Assembly (NCBI GenBank): GCA_043228905.1
Contig: JBHGNT010000004.1
Coordinates: 4,464,001-4,528,000, forward strand
Length of the DNA: 64,000 nt
Origin: Azolla caroliniana
Taxonomy: Eukaryota > Plantae > Polypodiophyta
Direction of reading: 5' to 3'
Of this stretch, positions 13,413 through 25,900 are shown piece by piece (the stretch's first letter is position 1; each line of letters opens with the position of its first letter). Position numbers and translations under genes: made by a program. The notes beneath the pieces were generated by a model. The model saw only the letters and a list, made by a program, of their open reading frames with translations. It made no database searches and had not been told where the DNA came from.

Positions 13413-16400
13413 CTAAACAGTATTTCGCTCCACTACGTCTGGGCCCCTTGACCGAGTAACTGGTCTTGTTCCCGATCGTGGCCCCTTCTTCAGCCTTTTT
13501 CTGGTTGGTTCCCCATTTAGCCTTGCTTCTAGGACCCAATGCGCAAGTGTGTCCTCCTCCGACAACCTTCCCATCGCCTCAGCAGCTAATTGCACATCAG
13601 CCGTTTCTTGAACTAGCTTTTCAAGTACAGAGGGATCTGTTTGGACATTTTCAGTAGTTGGGCTCGGTGGGGTGGAATCAAGGTCTTGAGACTCGAAGAA
13701 ATGTTGCATCAAGTGTTCATAAACACTGTTGTTGTGAACCTCAGTTTTACATGTTGTTTCCACTATTTCATGGCATTTCACATCGTTGCCTAATTCAGTA
13801 CACTGTTCCAAAAGAATAGGGTGCAGCTGATCTGAAGGAGATGTGATAGCAGGACTCTTACTTTCAGCCACATTGGCAGTAGTATCCTCATCTATTGCAG
13901 CATCATCAACACCAGACACATCATGTGCCGTCCTTAATCCACAAGATTCTACAATAACATGACAGTTATTTAGGATAGCTAATTAGCTACTTTACTAAAC
14001 TATGGTAGAAGCTAGGATAGCTAATTAGCTAGTACGATAGCTAATTAGCTAGTATGATAGCTAATTAGGTACTTTACTCAACTATGGTAGTAGTTAGGAT
14101 AGCTAATTAGGTACTTTACTCAACTATGGTAGTAGTTAGGATAGCTTATTAGCTACTAGGACAGCTAATTAGCTGCCAGTAGCTAATTAGCTACTAGGAT
14201 AGCTTATTAGCTACTTTACACAACTATGCCAGCAGCTAATTAGCTAGTAGGATAGCTAATTAGCTACTAGGATAGCTAATTAGTTGCCAGTAGCTAATTA
14301 GCTAGTAGGATAGCTAATTAGGTACTTTACTCAACTATGGTAGTAGCTAATTAGCTAGTAGGATAGCTAATTAGGTACTTTACTCAACTATGGTAGTAGC
14401 TAATTAGCTAGTAGGATAGCTAATTAGCTACTAGGATAGCTAATTAGCTGCTAGTAGCTAATTAGCTACTAGGATAGCTTATTAGCTACTTTACACAACT
14501 ATGGCAGTAGCTAATTAGTTACTAGGATAGCTAATTAGTTGTCAGTGGCTAATTAGCTAGTAGGATACCTAATTAGCTTTTTTACACAACTATAGTACTA
14601 GCTAATTAGCTAGTACCATAGCTAATTACCTACTAGGATAGCTAATTAGCTAGTAGGATAGCTTATTAGCTACTTTACACAACTATAGTAGTAGCTAGGA
14701 TAGCTAATTAGCTACTATGGTAGCTAATTAGCTACTTTACTCAACTATGGTAGTAGCTAGGATAGCTAATTAGCTACTTTACTAACTATGGTGGTAGCTA
14801 GGATAGCTAATTAGCTACTTTACTAACTATGGTGGTAGCTAGGATAGCTAATTAGCTACAATGAAAGCTAATTAGCTACAATGAAAGCTAATTAGCTACT
14901 TTCTCAACTATGTAGTAGCTAGGATAGCTTATTAGCTACTAGGACAGCTAATTAGCTGCCAGTAGCTAATTAGCTACTAGGATAGCTAATTAGCTGCCAG
15001 TAGCTAATTAGCTACTAGGATAGCTTATTAGCTACTTTACACAACTATGTCAGTAGCTAATTAGCTACTATGATAGCTAATTAGCTAGTAGGATAGCTAA
15101 TTAGCTAGTAGGATAGCTAATTAGTTGCCAGTAGCTAATTAGCTAGTAGGATAGCTAATTAGCTATTTTACACAACTATGCTACTAGCTAATTAGCTAGT
15201 ACCATAGCTAACTAGCTACTAGGATAGCTTATTAGCTACTTTACACAACTATGTCAGTAGCTAATTAGCTACTATGATAGCTAATTAGCTAGTAGGATAG
15301 CTAATTAGCTAGTAGGATAGCTAATTAGTTGCCAGTAGCTAATTAGCTAGTAGGATAGCTAATTAGCTTTTTTACACAACTATGGTACTAGCTAATTAGC
15401 TAGTACCATAGCTAACTAGCTACTAGGATAGCTTATTAGCTACTTTACACAACTATGGCAGTAGCTAATTAGTTACTAGGATAGCTAATTAGTTGCCAGT
15501 GGCTAATTAGCTAGTAGGATAGCTATTTAGCTTTTTTACACAACTATGGTACTAGCTAATTAGCTAGTACCATAGCTAATTAGCTAGTAGCTCATTAGCT
15601 GCCAGTAGCTAATTAGCTAGTAGGATAGCTAATTAGAAAAGACTAAGCTTATTAGCTACAGTATGGTATACCTGTTTGTTTTCTCCACTCATTTGGTAGA
15701 GTTGTACTGCAATCTCCCAAACAGAATGCAGCAATTCGACAGGCATGTTGAAAACAAAGCAGATGGTATGTGTGGTTGCATGGTTGTAGGTGAACCAACA
15801 AAGACGCAGTTTTGTCCTCCACACCTAACCCGCAAGCGATGCAACGTGCTTGAACTGTCAATAAATCATTTTCTGGTTCTACTTCATTTGGTAAGGGAGC
15901 AAGAATGTTCAGGTCCAAATCCTGTCTGGTCCTTACCATTCCCTCCACAAAATGTAGCTTCTTCTTAAGGCAGCTAACTACCTGTTCTTGATGAATGTAT
16001 TGTTCCTTCAACGCAACAGAGAAATTTACCGATTAATTATTCTTGTTGTTGAAAGATACACCAACTTTGCTCAGGAATCGTTAACTTACTTGAAGCTTAT
16101 CCAAATTGTAATCTGCAACAGTATTTACACCTAGAAGGTCCAGGTTCATTGAAAGAACCTGGATCTCTATTTGCAGTTCTATTTTACGTTGGGGATCCAG
16201 TGGCCCCTCTAATTCAAGCTCCTGTTGCGCAACCTATTCCAGATAATGCTTGATTAGCACATTTTACCCGTTATTTATAACACAATCACATACCAGCAAA
16301 ACAATAGTTACCTGAATCTTATTTCTAATTGTTGTAACAACAGAAGTAACTTTGCTCTCCATTGCAGAAGCCATTGTGGCTTTCTCTAAATCAGTCTTAA

Positions 16401-17340
16401 AAAATGCCAATGTCTCACAGGCTTCATGGACATTTTTTAGCATATAGCTAACCAATGTCTCACCTGTATCATCGACATTGGCTTTCCTTGGGTGTCGGTG
16501 TGGTGTATGCCCCCGGTCTTGCTGGGAGTCGGCAGTTGCATCAACAGCTGCCATGCTCCAAAATCTGTCTATTTTTTGTGCCAAGGTCCCCATCTTTCGG
16601 CATCTTTTTACCGATGCCTCACCATAGACTGCCCAAGCTACCCTATACATTTCAGGGTCTCTAGATTCCTTCGCTGTTTTGCAGTACTCATATGGAAATG
16701 CTCTAGCAAATGAAACTGACAACTCATTGTTGACTGGGATCTCCTGATGAACTTTCTGGTGCAGTCTCATGCAGTCATCGTACAAGTCGGCTCGTACATG
16801 CTTCAGCTTGACCTTGCCTTTGACTCTAGGCACTGTATATACTGTCATCCAGTCTATATCACTGATCAATTTATCACTTAGGACAGCAGGGTCAACACCC
16901 TCGAGTGACAGACCATAGGTGTTGTGGAAGTCCTCCTTTGTCTCGCAAAATTTTGCGAAGTTTAGCACTCTCGTATACGGAGGAACGAGCCATCTGAAAT
17001 ATCATTACAAAAATCAGAAATAGTGCAAAATCAGAATATGTGAGAATCAAAAACCCCAATCAACAACAACAAAAATGGTGCAAAATCTTTAACTTAGCAA
17101 ATCAGAAACCCTAATCATAATTTGTAATCAAATTTCTAATTTGTAATCAAAATTTGTAACCAGAAACCCTATTCAGAAATTCTAATCAGAAATTTATAAT
17201 CAAAAACCCTAATCAGAAATTTCAATCACAAACCCTAATCAGAAATTTCAATCACAAACCCTAATCACTAAAGACAGGATTAAACACAAAAAAAGTAATA
17301 TAAACACACCTGTTGCTACTCCCCGATTTGCGAGACATCC
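13413..17340 (-). CDS. Multi-exon cargo gene with a RING-H2-like finger
   Basis: Exon-like ORFs 16264-16968, 15652-16011 (CIAC..PCNHTYHLLC..C..C) and 13413-13950. GT/AG sites at about 16993, 16312, 15671 and 13949. Exact splicing unresolved. Confidence 0.6.
13970..15660. repeat. Second TAGCTAATTAGCTA satellite array (putative intron of the RING gene)
   Basis: Same palindromic core, with spacers such as CTAGGA and CTTTACACAACTATG. Confidence 0.97.
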
Positions 17341-17906
17341 TTGTATGGGACTCCAAGGACTTCGCCCTATTCGATTTTGGGGAAATATGAATCGGCACCA
17401 AAGTTCAGACAGTAGTCAAAAAGAAAAAACAAATGTTTGGGGTTTCTGTAACTGAAACATACCTGGACGATGATCGAGCGGGTTCTGTGTTATAGCTCTC
17501 AATCTGCAATGTCGATTTTTTGTTGTTGCGGGAGCTACGTCTGCGTTCGTGCTCTGAGTACTCCATCTGCGTTCAAAATCAGACTTAGGCTAAACAGGAA
17601 ATTGATGACATTGAAGTCGACCTTAGATGATGGTGATATTCCCCAAGTTCCACTACGTCTGAAACAGAAGTTCAAATATTTGAGTTTTTTCATAAATTAG
17701 TTTTTCAAATATTTGATTTTCCCACAAGAAAGACTAGCTAAACAAATAGCTAATTAGCTATGGCCATTTTAGTAGCTAATTAGCTATAATAGTGTTTCCA
17801 CTCGCATGCTTTTACCCTGAAGTACGACTTCCTACGTTCCGTCGCTCCCTAGTCCAAGACCCCCGTGGTCCCGCCTTTCTCCACGCACGCACGTAGCAAC
17901 GCGACA

Positions 17907-18062
17907 ACGGACTGAAGCAAGCACCCTGGCAATGGTATCGGAAGTTCGACTCCTTCATGACCGACCAAGGGTACCACAAGACGCAAGCCGATGACTGTGT
18001 GTTTGTGAAGAAATTTTATGGAGGAGATTTCCTGATACTCCTCCTATATGTGGATGACATGC
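17907..18062 (+). pseudogene. Copia RT fragment, continuing 2063-2250
   Basis: Encodes GLKQAPWQWYRKFDSFMTDQGY...LLLYVDDML. Confidence 0.88.
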
Positions 18063-18385
18063 TCACCCTTGTACATTCATTGTGAATAACGAGGGCGCCT
18101 TTATGGCGCCAAAGAGCAGTCAAGGCGGGACAGACGATCCCATGTATGTCGGGATTTGTCCCACATTGTAACGCATCCCTCTCCTTGTTCTATAAAAGGA
18201 AGGGAGCGCCCTTTGTGAAGGGGTTGCCCATTTTTGCATTAGAGGGTATACCGTTAGATTTAGGGTTAGTGACATTTCTTTTCTTCTTCTTCTTCTCCCC
18301 CTTTGTGTTCGCTTAGGGTTTGCTTCAGATCGTCTCTTGCGCAAGACCCCGCTCGGCGCGACAAGCCTGTGAGCTCCCCGACCGT
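18060..18385 (+). mobile_element. Family A LTR fragment
   Basis: Nearly identical to 2255-2580. Confidence 0.9.
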
Positions 18386-19313
18386 GACTAAGTTACAAAA
18401 GGTTGGTTTAAATACCATCTAATCTAACGCAATATCCCTTTGTAGTTTTTACAACACTAGCCTAGTATGTCCAACAATAGTCCTTGTACATGATCTTCAT
18501 GGATGGTAGGATTCGAACCTACAAGGGTGAACCCACATGATTTCTAGTCATGCCTTGCCTAGTATGTCCGACAATAGTTCTTATACATGAACTTCGTGGA
18601 TGGTAGATTTGAACCTACGCGGGGAACCCACAGGATCACTAGTCATGCCCGATAACCACTCCAACACATCCACATGAGGCCCAACAACATTGAAAATAGA
18701 AAATATTATCCTTTAAGAAAAGTCGTTGACTTCCAAATGGTTTAACTTCTTCTTTTTGAATATCCTATCATTGGTTTAAGATTGTAAATAAATGGGAAGC
18801 GTAGGTGATGTTTTGCAACATCCACATGATTTCTAGTGATGCCAGATAACCACTCCGGTACATACACATGAGGCCCACATTGAAATCATCATTTGTAAAA
18901 GAAAAATCGTTGACTTCCAAATGGCAAGTAGGACACACACACACACATACACAGAGGAACAAGACGATATATTAGTAGGAGATAAAATTACAAAAGGTTG
19001 GTTTAAACACCATCTAACCTAAGGCAACTTCCCTTTCTAGTATTTGCAATACTAGCCTAGTATGTCCAACAATAGTCACGGTACATCATCTTCGTGGATG
19101 GTAGGATTCGAACCTACGCGGGGGAACCCACTTGATTTCTAGTCATGCCTAGCGTAGTATGTCCAACAATATTTATTGTACATGATCATTGTGGATGGTA
19201 GCATTTAAACCTACGCAGGCAAACCCACATGATTTCTAGTCATGCTTGATAACCACTCCGGCACATCCACATGAGGCCGACATAAGGCAAGCAAGAGAGA
19301 GAGAGAGAGAGAG

Positions 19314-19361
<48 letters not shown>

Positions 19362-19720
19362 TAACAAGATGATTTATTAGCAGGAGATAAAATTACATCC
19401 ATCTAATGACTAAGTTGTGAAACGTTGGTTTAAATACCAATGCACCTAAGGCAACTTCCCTTTCTACTATTTACAACATTAGCCTAGTATGTTCAACAAT
19501 AGTCCTTGTACCTTATCTTTGTGGATGGTAGGATTTGAATCCATGTGGGCAAACCCACATGATAACCACTCTAGCACATCCACATGACGCCCAACAACAT
19601 TGACAATACAAAATATCATCTATTAAAGAAAAATCGTTGACTTCCAAATGGTTTCACTTCATCTTCTCGAATATCCTATCATTGGTTTAAGATTGTAAAA
19701 AAATGGGAAGCGTAGGTAAT
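18386..19720 (-). repeat. Degenerate tandem repeat carrying tRNA-Ser(AGA)-like copies
   Basis: Copies at about 18498, 18595, 18822, 19093, 19190 and 19520, embedded in repeated flanks (GCCTAGTATGTCCAACAATAG; AAATCGTTGACTTCCAAATGG). Confidence 0.85.
19190..19270 (-). tRNA. tRNA-Ser(AGA) pseudogene (most complete copy)
   Basis: Minus strand reads GTGGATGTGCCGGAGTGGTTATCAAGCATGACTAGAAATCATGTGGGTTTGCCTGCGTAGGTTTAAATGCTACCATCCACA: AGA anticodon loop, long variable arm, mutated B-box. Confidence 0.75.
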
Positions 19721-20285
19721 GTTGTGGAGCGGAAGTGAACCGTGTGTGTGTGTGTGTACGTAAGGCAAGGAGGAGAGAGTGAGAGTGAGAGTGAATGAGT
19801 GAGTGAGTGAGTGAAAGAAAGAAAGAAAGAAATATTAACGTCTTCTAAGGCCAAAATTGACCCATGAGACATTTAATGGTTTACAACAAAAAATGGGATA
19901 TTTACCCATTCATCGAAAGTAAAAAATAAAAATAGAGTTTTAAGCTAAATAGTTATAGTAAAATAAAATAACAAACATGTTCTACAATGAAAATGATGTT
20001 ATACTAGGCCTAATTTCATTTCCATCCAAGTCTCTCGAAGAGAAGCGGGAGGTCAAAGGGTTTCGATGTGGATGTGACCCGTGGCCCCAATGTAAAAGGT
20101 ACCCCAACCATAGCTTCTAGTCGACGTACCTCACGTTCCCTTATCTTCTTAATCCTTTCTACTCCGTGTCGACTTGTTTTGAAGCCCAACATCCGAGGGC
20201 ATTTGGTTGTTCTTTGCGTTTCGGCTTCCTCAAGAGAGAGGCCGAGCGGTGTAAGTGTATCCACATTCATCGTCTCCCCTTGTTC

Positions 20286-21760
20286 CTAAAAAATTACACT
20301 AGTTACAAGTTCATGAATAGTAAAAGGGTTATGGTTAACACTTTGTAATTTATTCTCCCTATGTTGTTTTAGCTCTAAGATATACCTACCTAGTCTCTTT
20401 ACATCCGGGGTATCTAATAGTTTGGAGAGGGTGGGAGAGGGTCCTAATATGTCTTGGTATTCCACTCGTATCTCGGCATAAGTTGGGCACTTGCATGTGA
20501 AGTGATACTCATCCTCTATCTCTATGTGGCACAACCTACGTAGCCTTTCCTCCCTAGGGACTCTATTAGCCCGACCACTCTCAATCTCAAGTTGGTGAGA
20601 TGATATCCTAAGTTGTCCAATGGCAACCCTTACTGCATTTGATAAGAATGTATCTAGATATCTTGGTCTTGTAATAAAACCTAACTGAGAGAAGTGCAAC
20701 AAGTGTTCCTTATAGTACAACATTTTAGATGGGAGTCGCTTGTTAGGAAACAGGTCCCTCCGGATGGGAAGTGAGAAGAACAGTGTTGATGAGCAACTCG
20801 GTCGAGGCCGAATCTGGATGTGGAGTACCCGGCAAGAGCCAGATGGTGAAGGCCCGGTGAGAACCGGATGACGAGTGCCTGACAAGAGCCGGATGGTGTA
20901 GGCCCAATGAGGAGTGCGCACCGGATGAAGGGACATATTCGTAAATATGTTTCTGAGAGTCCATTGGGGCTATATTTGTAAATAGCCGAAAAGTCATATT
21001 AGTATAAATATAACTTAGGGCAAACTTAGTACAGTGCTGTTGTCATTCTTGTTGGTGCAAGATTTGAGTGCAACCGTGTACAGAGAGAGAGAGTGAGTGA
21101 GAGACGAAGAGGACGTTGTCTCTGTTGTAACCGCCGCTTGTGGCGAAGATAGTGAACAAGAGGTCGTTGCCTCTGTGTTCATCTATTGTATATTGTAACA
21201 TAGTGATAGTTTGCAGTCTGTGGACTGCCGTGGTTTTTCCCGTGTTTGGGTTTTCCACGTAAACATCCTGTGTACTCTTCTCTTTATTGTGTCGTGCATA
21301 CATTACCCGTTTTTCTGTGTTTGATCCTAGACTCGGTTGTGGCCGAGCGTTGTCTTCGGGAGCGTGTAGTCATTTCATGGCTCTCGTGGGGGGATCCATT
21401 TCTATCGAGTCTAAATTTGCCATATTTCTTGGCGTATCACTTTATTACGGTCTTCATGAGATATTAGAGTTTGGTCAGTCCCATGGTTGTACTTAAGGGG
21501 GGGTAGGTTATTAATGGCTATGCCGTTTGCAAGTAACCAACTCACGACAATGCTATACCAAGAGCTAGTGTCTCCAGACGCATGTAAGGATCGACATGCC
21601 TCAAAGGCTCGACGAGATATCCTATCTTGTGGTTGGCTATGTATCCGATGAATAAAAACTACCACTTGAAATAGTGCTTCTACTAACATAGGTGGCAAAC
21701 TTAACTCCTCTAATAATGTCATGTGCTACTATCGATTTGCTTCGGAGTAGACGTGATAAC
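20286..21760 (-). mobile_element. 5'-truncated LINE, ORF2 C-terminus
   Basis: QLRISSHQLEIESGR...LCHIEIEDEYHFTCKCPTYAEIR (LINE C-terminal CCHC region). Upstream part at 21360-21760. Split by an LTR. Confidence 0.75.
20741..21351 (+). mobile_element. Copia LTR (solo or truncated), same family as 25904-35387
   Basis: Homologous to 25904-26470. 3' end missing, no TSD found. Confidence 0.85.
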
Positions 21761-22950
21761 TCCATTAGGAGGTCTGGAACAGGCTGCTCTCCAAGATCAG
21801 CTAACAATGGTGCTGCATCGACATGTTCTGTCTCCTCAACTGAATCTTGTATATGATCATAACCCAGTGCATCTTCAAGGTTGACAAAATCGCCCCCTTC
21901 TTCGTCTAAAGGTTCCATCGGCTCTCTAGAGGCCATCTGAAACATCTCCGTTTCGTTGATATGCTTTGCCCCAACCTCTTGGTCCTGGTTGGGACAGTCC
22001 CAGATGCCTTGCATCCTCATCTTAATAAAATTGACTTGGTCGGAGTCCTTTTCTAATGTGGCGCAGCTCCTAAACAATTTAAGAGCACATGCAGTTGTCA
22101 TTCCTAAATAAACAATCACACATTCAAAAGTAACAAAACAGGACAAGAAATAATATTTCATTTTAAAAAAAAATTGATGAAACTTATGAGATTACCTATT
22201 CTAGAAAATAAGTCGAGAACCCAATCATCAGGGTTCGAGAACAACCCGACCAATCGATTAATCAATCGCTGGAGTGTTTAATAAGGGTTTACTAAACTCT
22301 TTGTGCCAGACACGTGGCGCAATTTCTTCGTTACAGCTGGGCACATGATATAGTTTACAACGTTCCACTCATTAACATGTGCCTGAGCCTTCTTCTTAGA
22401 AATTGTGTCGTAGTAGCCCACACACATGTGCTCCACAGTGATCACCATTCGATCACCCAAGGTACGAGTTATGTTCGTTTTAACCCTATTGTATCATGGA
22501 ATGAGAACAAGTCAATAAATATGTAGTAAGCAACATAGAGTCCATACATTAAATATAAAGTAACATAATGCTTACCAATGCATATGTTCGGTGGCATGGC
22601 ATCTTGACTTCGATGCAGTCGTGACCGATAACACTTGACACATACTATGAAATATAACAATACGCCATAATGGTGCTAGGGTCAGCTCCGCGAAGTCCTT
22701 AACCATCTTCTCTACTTGCGGATATTTGTATGGCACATCGTCGTATGTCGAGCCCAATATTCTGAAGCCATACGGTATATCCGCGACGAGCAATGTATAA
22801 TGTCTCTTGGGAAATATGTCAAGCATATTGCCGACATCACCATTATATACACTATAATACAATTTTCGGAAAGGATCATTCTTGTGCAAAAAGCTTCTGA
22901 CGGTATTTCAGTCCTCAGGCACCTCGAGCTCCTTTCCTTTTGTCATACGT
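21760..22950 (-). pseudogene. Beta-class amino-DNA-methyltransferase domain (3' half of a ParB-MTase gene)
   Basis: Exons 22950-22576, 22485-22196 and 22103-~21760, joined by 90- and 92-bp GT-AG introns. Product: YNGDV..LLVADIPYG (motif IV)..HW|VKTN..E..NPY*TLQRLINRLVGLFSNPDDWVLDLFSRI|GMTTACALKLFRSCATLEKD (motifs X, I, II). Confidence 0.85.
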
Positions 22951-25900
22951 TGTCGTGGAGAAAACCGTTCCTAGGTGGAAACCGCGTATAACGTGCGTAA
23001 ACCGGCCCTTACACATGGGCACAAGTTTTGTTGTATAGTACGTAGATAGGTACAAGTCGGCTGAGGTGAAATCCTAAGTAGCACGCATTCTGTAAGGAGA
23101 AAACCGAGGCGTATCCCTATCCGAAAGGATGGGGAATAAACATGATGTAACGGGTGGTAACAACCTCCCTCCTTGGGCTATAAAAGAGAGGGAGAGGTGT
23201 TCACCAAAGATATCGCGTTTTGGGAGGACGAAGTGTTGCTGGACTAGAACCGAGCACTTCTCCTCTCCCCTATCGTCTCCATAATCGTTCTGTGCAAGTT
23301 TCGGGAGGCTGACTCTGCTCCGCGGGACGCCCGAGTGCTCCCGGCAAAGCCTCCATCTCGCGTTCTACCTGTGTGTGTGTGAGTGTGTGCGCGCGCGCAG
23401 GCGTCGGAGCCCATCACTCATCGGCTTTCCGGTTGTAACACCTTGATTTATATTTACATAAACATCCGTTCTGTCTCCATCGCATTCTGTAGCTAGTTGC
23501 AATTCTTGTGATTCGGTGGGTCTGTGCGCGGGCGAACTACATCATTAGTCTACATCATTGAGAGTCGGACCTGGGAAGAGTTTGAAGGTCGGCTCCCTGA
23601 AAAATACGGGCTTGATGACGTGCTTCGGCTGTCGAAACGAGACTTCATGGAATTGGTGGAGACCCCCGAAAAGGGGAGAAACGCGTCGGTGCTCCTTCGG
23701 GAGTTTGAAGAACACTTCGCACGACTTTCGGCGCTGGACCGGACCGTGTTGGACACGAGTCGTGTCCTATTGTTCGTTAAATCGATGGACGCAAGGAACC
23801 GGGAGCAAGTGGGCTTCCTGTTGGAGACCGATGACGGCCTAACAACCGACTGGGCCGTGGTAAAGAGACTCTGCGACCGTTTTGACAAACGGCGTGAGTG
23901 GGTCAATAAAGGCTTGACGGGGGCGGGTTCTGTTGCGACAAGGAAGGTCAAGGTACCCCCGCCGGCGCGAAGGGAAGAGACCAGAGACTGGCTCGAGACC
24001 GGCTCGACTTCGACCGGCATGGTCAAAGGCTCGTCCGGAGGAGCGGCTCTGGAGGAGCTGACTCAGATGGTGAGGGACCTCCAGATCACGCAAGCACGGA
24101 GGGACGACAACAAACAAGTTCGGGACCGAAGGCCTCCGGCTGGGAGCCGGTGCTTGTGGTGCGACGAGGTCGGCCACGCCCGAAAGGACTACAGGGACTT
24201 CGCCGAAGCGATAAGAGCTAGCGTGGTGTACCTATGGAACGGTCGGGTGCACGCTAAGAGCCTGCCCGAATGTACGAGTGAAAATCGGCGATGTCGAGAT
24301 CGACCAACACTTCTTCGTGCAGGAGACGTCCTCGCATCCGGTGATACTTGGAGAACCGTACATCACGACGGCACGCATGGAGACAAAGGTGTTGGACAAC
24401 AGTTCGGCATATGCGCGAGTCAAGAGCCAGGATGGGCGTCACTCGGTCCAGTTCCTGACGGTGCGACCGAACCATGAGCGTAACTATGAGACCCTCGGTG
24501 CCGAAAACCGAGGGGATTTTTAGAGAGGGCTATCAAGGCGTGGGGCCGCGATAGTCCGGACACCCCGGAAAAACCCCACAGATGTACTATAGGTGAAAAG
24601 ACTTGTACCATAGGTAGAAAATTTTGGTTCTCCGATAATGGAGGTTGTACGATAGCCAGCGTAGTTGGCCGGGAAAAGAAGCGGGCGGAGGAGCGACTTC
24701 GGGCATGGGGGGTCCTCGGCCCTGAAGAGGAAATCAACAGAGCCGTAGAGGCGGTCTCTTTTATCGACACCTTGGGGAAGTTACGGGAGGTGTTCGGAGA
24801 AGGCCTTAATGAGGACCGGACGATTCTGGTATGTTCGAAAAGGATGTACGAAGTCATTGCCGACTTCGGTAGTGGACTCGAGTCGGATCACACGGCCCGG
24901 GTGGATACGAAGTACAAGACTGTGGACCGGAAGGTGAGGCCAGTCACGGCACCCTTGCCGGAGGACAGCGAGTTACGGATAAAAGGGGTTGCGTCGGACC
25001 CAAGTTTGCGAGATCCGGCCAGCATAGGACACACGTTCACCGACGTAACACTACGAGAGCTCAAGATCGGTGGGGGTGGCTTTCTACTGCCAACAGAAGA
25101 GGACCGGTTTCGGAGGATGCTCGAGAGGCACAGGAAGGCTTTCGCATTCTCACCGAGGGAGATCGGGTGCGTAGACCCGAAGGTTGTGGAATCAATGGTG
25201 ATCTTCACGGTACTGCATGTGCCGTGGAGTCTCAAACCGATTCCGGTACCCAAAGCTCACATCCCAAAGCTGTGTACCCTGCCGCAAGGAGGAACGAACT
25301 CAGTGGCACACATGGTGAATGCGATGAACAAGGTGTTGAGGGACTGCATCCCGGACATCACCATGCCGTTTTTGGACGACATCCCGATCAAAGGATGTCC
25401 GGTGGAGGACAAGAACAAGTCAGTCGGGCCTAACGGCTGCCAGAGGTTCGTGACGGATCATATCTGCTACTGCGAGAAGGTGCTACAAAGACTCGAGACA
25501 TGCGGCTCACCTTCTCCGGAGAGGAAACAACATTCGGACAGCCGGAGATCTTGGTAGTCAGATACCTGTGCGGGCCCTATGGCCGGAAACCGTCCCCAGC
25601 AAAGGTAGAAGTTATCTCCGTGATGAAGGACGATTGCGGGACGGTTACGGGGGTCCGTAGATTCTTGGGTGCGTGCGTGTTCTACCACATCTGGATTCCG
25701 CACTACGCACATGTCCCGAAACCGCTCTACGGGCTATTGAAGAAAGGGCGTAGATTCGAGTGGAGGATGGAGCACACGGAGACGGTCCAGAGGCTAAAGG
25801 AGGCGCTTGCTGCAACACCGACTCTCCGGAAAGCGGTTTACGACAAGGAAGTCCCCATCTACGTGACGGTGGACACGAGGCCGACCAGGATCGGGTAGGT

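Larger units (their letters stand above)
6177..17817 (+). mobile_element. 11.6-kb TIR DNA transposon, Sola2-like
   Basis: 25-bp TIRs GGGTGAAAGCATGCGAGTGGAAACA / TGTTTCCACTCGCATGCTTTTACCC (1 mismatch). 4-bp TSD TGAA at 6173-6176 and 17818-17821. Removing it restores the LTR sequence seen at about 2880. Contains a DDD-type transposase. Confidence 0.9.
2250..17906 (+). mobile_element. Non-autonomous LTR retroelement, family A copy 1 (3' LTR split by a DNA transposon)
   Basis: 5' LTR about 2250-2963 (5'-truncated). GC-rich repetitive interior with no pol. PPT at about 5440-5455. 3' LTR starts TGTCGTGAAG at 5456 and ends GCGACA at 17906, interrupted at 6177-17817. Homologous to 30044-34235. Confidence 0.85.

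Noticed and set aside
17100-17270. AAACCCTA repeats as an interstitial telomere
   Set aside because: Isolated telobox-like units inside a ~30-bp AT-rich repeat in a putative intron, not a contiguous TTTAGGG tract.
18498-19583. Functional tRNA-Ser genes
   Set aside because: Every copy is truncated or has B-box, stem or anticodon substitutions, so they are treated as pseudogenes.
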